Shown piece by piece: positions 17,184 through 20,000 of a DNA stretch of 20,000 bases (positions within the stretch are counted from its first letter, which is position 1; every line of letters starts with the position of its first letter). A model generated the notes under the pieces. It saw only the letters and a program-made list of their open reading frames with translations, had not been told where the DNA came from and made no database searches. This DNA is from an uncultured virus (IMG/VR IMGVR_UViG_3300001518_000020) (Duplodnaviria > Heunggongvirae > Uroviricota > Caudoviricetes). The DNA is taken from IMG/VR virus record IMGVR_UViG_3300001518_000020; one strand, written 5' to 3'. The position numbers were made by a program, and so were the translations under genes.

Positions 17184-17819
17184 ATGTTATTAAATAAAGA
17201 TTGGAGTAATTTAGATAATACTGATATGAAAGATGCTATAGATCATTTATATGCAGAATCTAATTTACCTTTATTAGATGATACAAGTGAAGAATTAGAT
17301 ACTCCAACACTTATATTGAATTTAGATGAAATCAATAATAATGCCAAAGCTGAAGCAACTGAGATAACAGAGCGTTTGTCAAATTATTATTTTGATGAGC
17401 GATATATTATTGAACATCCATATATAAAAAATAAAATTAGTCAAGAGATAAATAATATTCGAAGACTATTAAAGATGCTTTCTGTTAATGAAGCTGCTCA
17501 AGACGCATTAATTGGAAATATTACTTCTAATGCTGGTAAGGCTAGTTTGTATACTTCTTTAACAGCATTACAAAATACTATTCTTTCTATTCAAACACAA
17601 TTAAATAAGGTTACTAATGAAGTAGAAAACATATTTAAAGAAATGCAAGATAATTGTGATAAGACATTTGAAGAGAAAGAAAAAATCGAAGATGAAGACA
17701 ACAATGGACAAATGGTTGTTAGAGGAAGTAGAGAGTTTATTAATTCACTTATTCAAAAAGGATTATCTAAACAACAAGAAAAACAAATACCAAAAGAACA
17801 AGATTTATTTGGAACATAA
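17184..17819 (+). CDS. Hypothetical helical/coiled-coil protein (possible terminase small subunit-like)
   Basis: 211-aa ORF, the only credible plus-strand gene; ends at a bidirectional terminator. Function is speculative. Confidence 0.75.
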   Translation: MLLNKDWSNLDNTDMKDAIDHLYAESNLPLLDDTSEELDTPTLILNLDEINNNAKAEATEITERLSNYYFDERYIIEHPYIKNKISQEINNIRRLLKMLSVNEAAQDALIGNITSNAGKASLYTSLTALQNTILSIQTQLNKVTNEVENIFKEMQDNCDKTFEEKEKIEDEDNNGQMVVRGSREFINSLIQKGLSKQQEKQIPKEQDLFGT

Positions 17820-17850
17820 AAAATGGAGAACTTCGAAGTTCTCCATTTTT
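17819..17850. terminator. Bidirectional intrinsic terminator
   Basis: Perfect palindrome AAAAATGGAGAACTTCGAAGTTCTCCATTTTT between convergent stops (17819 and 17852), giving T-tails in both directions. Confidence 0.9.
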
Positions 17851-17851
17851 A

Positions 17852-18946
17852 TTATGCATTTATTTTTTCTTCTATTTTTTTTAATAATTCTTCTGCTTTT
17901 TCAACTGACTTTTTCATTTCACTTTGTGTATTATCTAATTCTTTATTTTGGAAATCATAACCTCCACCATTAGATAAATCTTTAACAAGTTTTGCATAAG
18001 ACATCATCATAGGTAATAATCCATTAACACCTGTATAATATCCTTGTTTACGTCCTCTATCTGGTGCAACATAACGACGCTTATCATATACATATAATGA
18101 TAATGAAGACACATCTGAAATCAAGTCTGCATGTCTTACAGGATCTTTAGCAATCATTGCAGCATATGAAGCAACTTGATTAATAATCTTTTTAGCTCTG
18201 TTAATTAATTCATCATTATTAAGACGATTAGCTTTATTTTCACGTAATATCTTTTTATAACGTTCAATATTTTCATTAGCTATTCTTTTTAATGATTCAG
18301 GATCAAGCATAATTCTTCCTGATTTTGCTGTAAAACGTTCTTGTCTAAGTTTTTCTCCTTCAACTTTATTACTAACATCAATAAAGTATATATTATTTCC
18401 TTGACATAAATCGAGTTTTTCTCTGTTAGTTAGATCTTTAGTTTTTCTATAATTTTGATGCATAACTCTTTCACCAGCTCCCCGATAATTATTACCTGTA
18501 TCATTTAAACGATAAACATATCCCCAAATAAAAATGCCATATAAGAATTCTTTATCTTCTTTATCTTTAATTAATACAATATTCTTACTTGATGATTTAA
18601 TAACTTGAACTAATTCTTTAGTTACTTTAGTAGATAGTTTATCACTAGCTGGTATATGTTCAATATCTGAATCAGAAATTTTATCCCATCTTATTGCATT
18701 TCCACCAAATATTTCTCTAAATGTTTTGTTATAATTAGCATCTTTATATGACCAACCTCTCTTTTCTTTTTCTTCTTTATATTTCTTTTCAATTTCTTCT
18801 TGTTTTTTAGATTTAATGTCCTTAAGTTGACGAGCTAAATCTTGAAGAAGTTTACAATTTAAAGATTCACAAATTAATTCAGCATCAATTTGATTAAATT
18901 CTTCTAATAATATTGTTTGTTTAATAGTATATAATAAATTATTCAT
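17852..18946 (-). CDS. Hypothetical basic protein (~364 aa), candidate internal head protein
   Basis: The ORF track starts at 18973, overlapping the upstream gene; ATG 18946 (MNNLLYTIKQTILLEE) lies 5 nt after the upstream stop and is the more plausible start. Confidence 0.75.
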   Translation of the reverse strand: MNNLLYTIKQTILLEEFNQIDAELICESLNCKLLQDLARQLKDIKSKKQEEIEKKYKEEKEKRGWSYKDANYNKTFREIFGGNAIRWDKISDSDIEHIPASDKLSTKVTKELVQVIKSSSKNIVLIKDKEDKEFLYGIFIWGYVYRLNDTGNNYRGAGERVMHQNYRKTKDLTNREKLDLCQGNNIYFIDVSNKVEGEKLRQERFTAKSGRIMLDPESLKRIANENIERYKKILRENKANRLNNDELINRAKKIINQVASYAAMIAKDPVRHADLISDVSSLSLYVYDKRRYVAPDRGRKQGYYTGVNGLLPMMMSYAKLVKDLSNGGGYDFQNKELDNTQSEMKKSVEKAEELLKKIEEKINA

Positions 18947-18951
18947 ACATT

Positions 18952-19251
18952 TTAGTTTATATTTGGACGCCATTCATTTGCGTTTTTTGCTACCAATTTT
19001 CCTTTAACTGGAACTATAATATTTCGTCTTGATAATTTTGCAAACATTGTGCTATAACTTGTAACACTTAAATCAAAAGCACTCAATAAATCTTTTTTAG
19101 ATGTAGGACCATGTTCATCTAAATATTTCCACCATTTATACCATAAATATTCTTTACCATCTTTGGTTGCAATAGGATAACAAAAATCTTTAATAATTGT
19201 TTTATGATTGATTTTTAATTTCTCGAGTAATATTTGTTTTAATGTTTTCAT
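18952..19251 (-). CDS. Small winged-helix-like DNA-binding protein with capsid-targeting-like N-terminus
   Basis: 99 aa; WKYLDEHGPTSKKDLLSAFDLSVTSYSTMFAKLSRRNIIVPVKGKLV fits a wHTH pattern; N-terminus MKTLKQILLE; ATGA overlap with the upstream gene. Confidence 0.65.
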   Translation of the reverse strand: MKTLKQILLEKLKINHKTIIKDFCYPIATKDGKEYLWYKWWKYLDEHGPTSKKDLLSAFDLSVTSYSTMFAKLSRRNIIVPVKGKLVAKNANEWRPNIN

Positions 19252-19550
19252 GATTCTTCAAATTCATTAAAATTTTTTATTTTAAATTTACCTTTAACTT
19301 GGTCTTCTGCATATAAATCAATTTCATATTTAGTATCAATATACTCTCCATAAAATACTAATTTAGTATCATCAGAATCTTCTTCAACATAATCAAAACC
19401 TAATTTGTACATAGCATCTATAATATCATCTATAGGTACCATTTTAAAACCATTTTTAATATTACCAAAATCTCTTAATGCTAATCCTACTTCTTCATGA
19501 AGTTCTTCTGATTGAGTCGACTCAATGATAAAATGTTGTAAGTCTTTCAT
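19248..19550 (-). CDS. Small acidic hypothetical protein with capsid-targeting-like N-terminus
   Basis: 100 aa, N-terminus MKDLQHFIIES; coupled to the next gene by an ATGA overlap. Confidence 0.72.
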   Translation of the reverse strand: MKDLQHFIIESTQSEELHEEVGLALRDFGNIKNGFKMVPIDDIIDAMYKLGFDYVEEDSDDTKLVFYGEYIDTKYEIDLYAEDQVKGKFKIKNFNEFEES

Positions 19551-19564
19551 AATTATTATTTATT

Positions 19565-19999
19565 TTATTTTGTAGCTTCTTCAAAACTATTTATAAATTC
19601 ATTTATTTTATTAAAAATATAATTTATATTAGTATTTGTAAAAAGTGGGATATTATATTTTTCACATGTTAATCTTACATTATCAAATCTATAGAATTTA
19701 TCAGTACAAAAAACTAATATTTTTTTAGATGTTGCATATAATCCAAGTTCTAATAAGCTAATTGGTGATTTTGAATTATCTGATAAAACCATAACTATTA
19801 AATTAGCATTATCTAAATATTCTTGTTCCCATTTTATTTGATATTCTACTTCTTTTTTAGATGCGTTTTTATTCCAACGTTCTCTTCTTGGATTATATAT
19901 TTTTATATTAATATTTTTAAATTTATCTATTAATTTCTTTTGCCAATTAGTCGACTCACCATTATCAATTGTACCTGCTAGAAATATTGATTTACAATT
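19565..19999 (-). CDS. Nucleoside 2-deoxyribosyltransferase-like protein (5'-truncated by window)
   Basis: The frame is open from 19999: KSIFLAGTIDNGESTNWQ...IYNPRRERW...YQIKWEQEYLDNANLIVMVLSDNSKSPISLLELGLYA, the FLAG/NPRR/QIxWE/SPISLLELG pattern of the NDT-like (Nuc_deoxyri_tr2) family. The ORF track shows only the last 75 aa. Confidence 0.85.
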   Translation of the reverse strand, partial: NCKSIFLAGTIDNGESTNWQKKLIDKFKNINIKIYNPRRERWNKNASKKEVEYQIKWEQEYLDNANLIVMVLSDNSKSPISLLELGLYATSKKILVFCTDKFYRFDNVRLTCEKYNIPLFTNTNINYIFNKINEFINSFEEATK

Positions 20000-20000
20000 T

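Noticed and set aside
13975..17973. Plus-strand ORFs 13975-14349, 14208-14441, 14458-14745, 16123-16314, 17656-17973
   Set aside because: Shadows of real genes, partly caused by the repeat; the last crosses the bidirectional terminator.
18947..18973. ORF-track start at 18973 for the 373-aa gene
   Set aside because: Overlaps the upstream gene; ATG 18946 fits operon spacing and gives the leader-like N-terminus.

Overview
AT-rich segment of a large T4-like (myovirus) jumbo/megaphage genome, probably infecting Bacteroidota (no Shine-Dalgarno sites seen; a Lak-like affinity is inference only). Almost all genes are on the minus strand. In transcription order (right to left): a 5'-truncated nucleoside 2-deoxyribosyltransferase-like gene; three genes whose N-termini resemble T4 capsid-targeting peptides; a lone plus-strand helical protein; an Asn/Tyr-rich 541-aa gene with a G9 tract; a prohead protease fused to a repeat-containing scaffold-like region; major capsid protein; a 1043-aa tail sheath; two paralogous tail-tube genes; and a >2300-aa ORF missing from the ORF track (6917 to beyond base 1) with LamG-like, CotH-kinase-like and LRR segments. 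A TTTATTTTTA motif precedes six consecutive structural genes, and hairpin terminators separate most of them. All family calls come from motif recognition by eye, not database searches.
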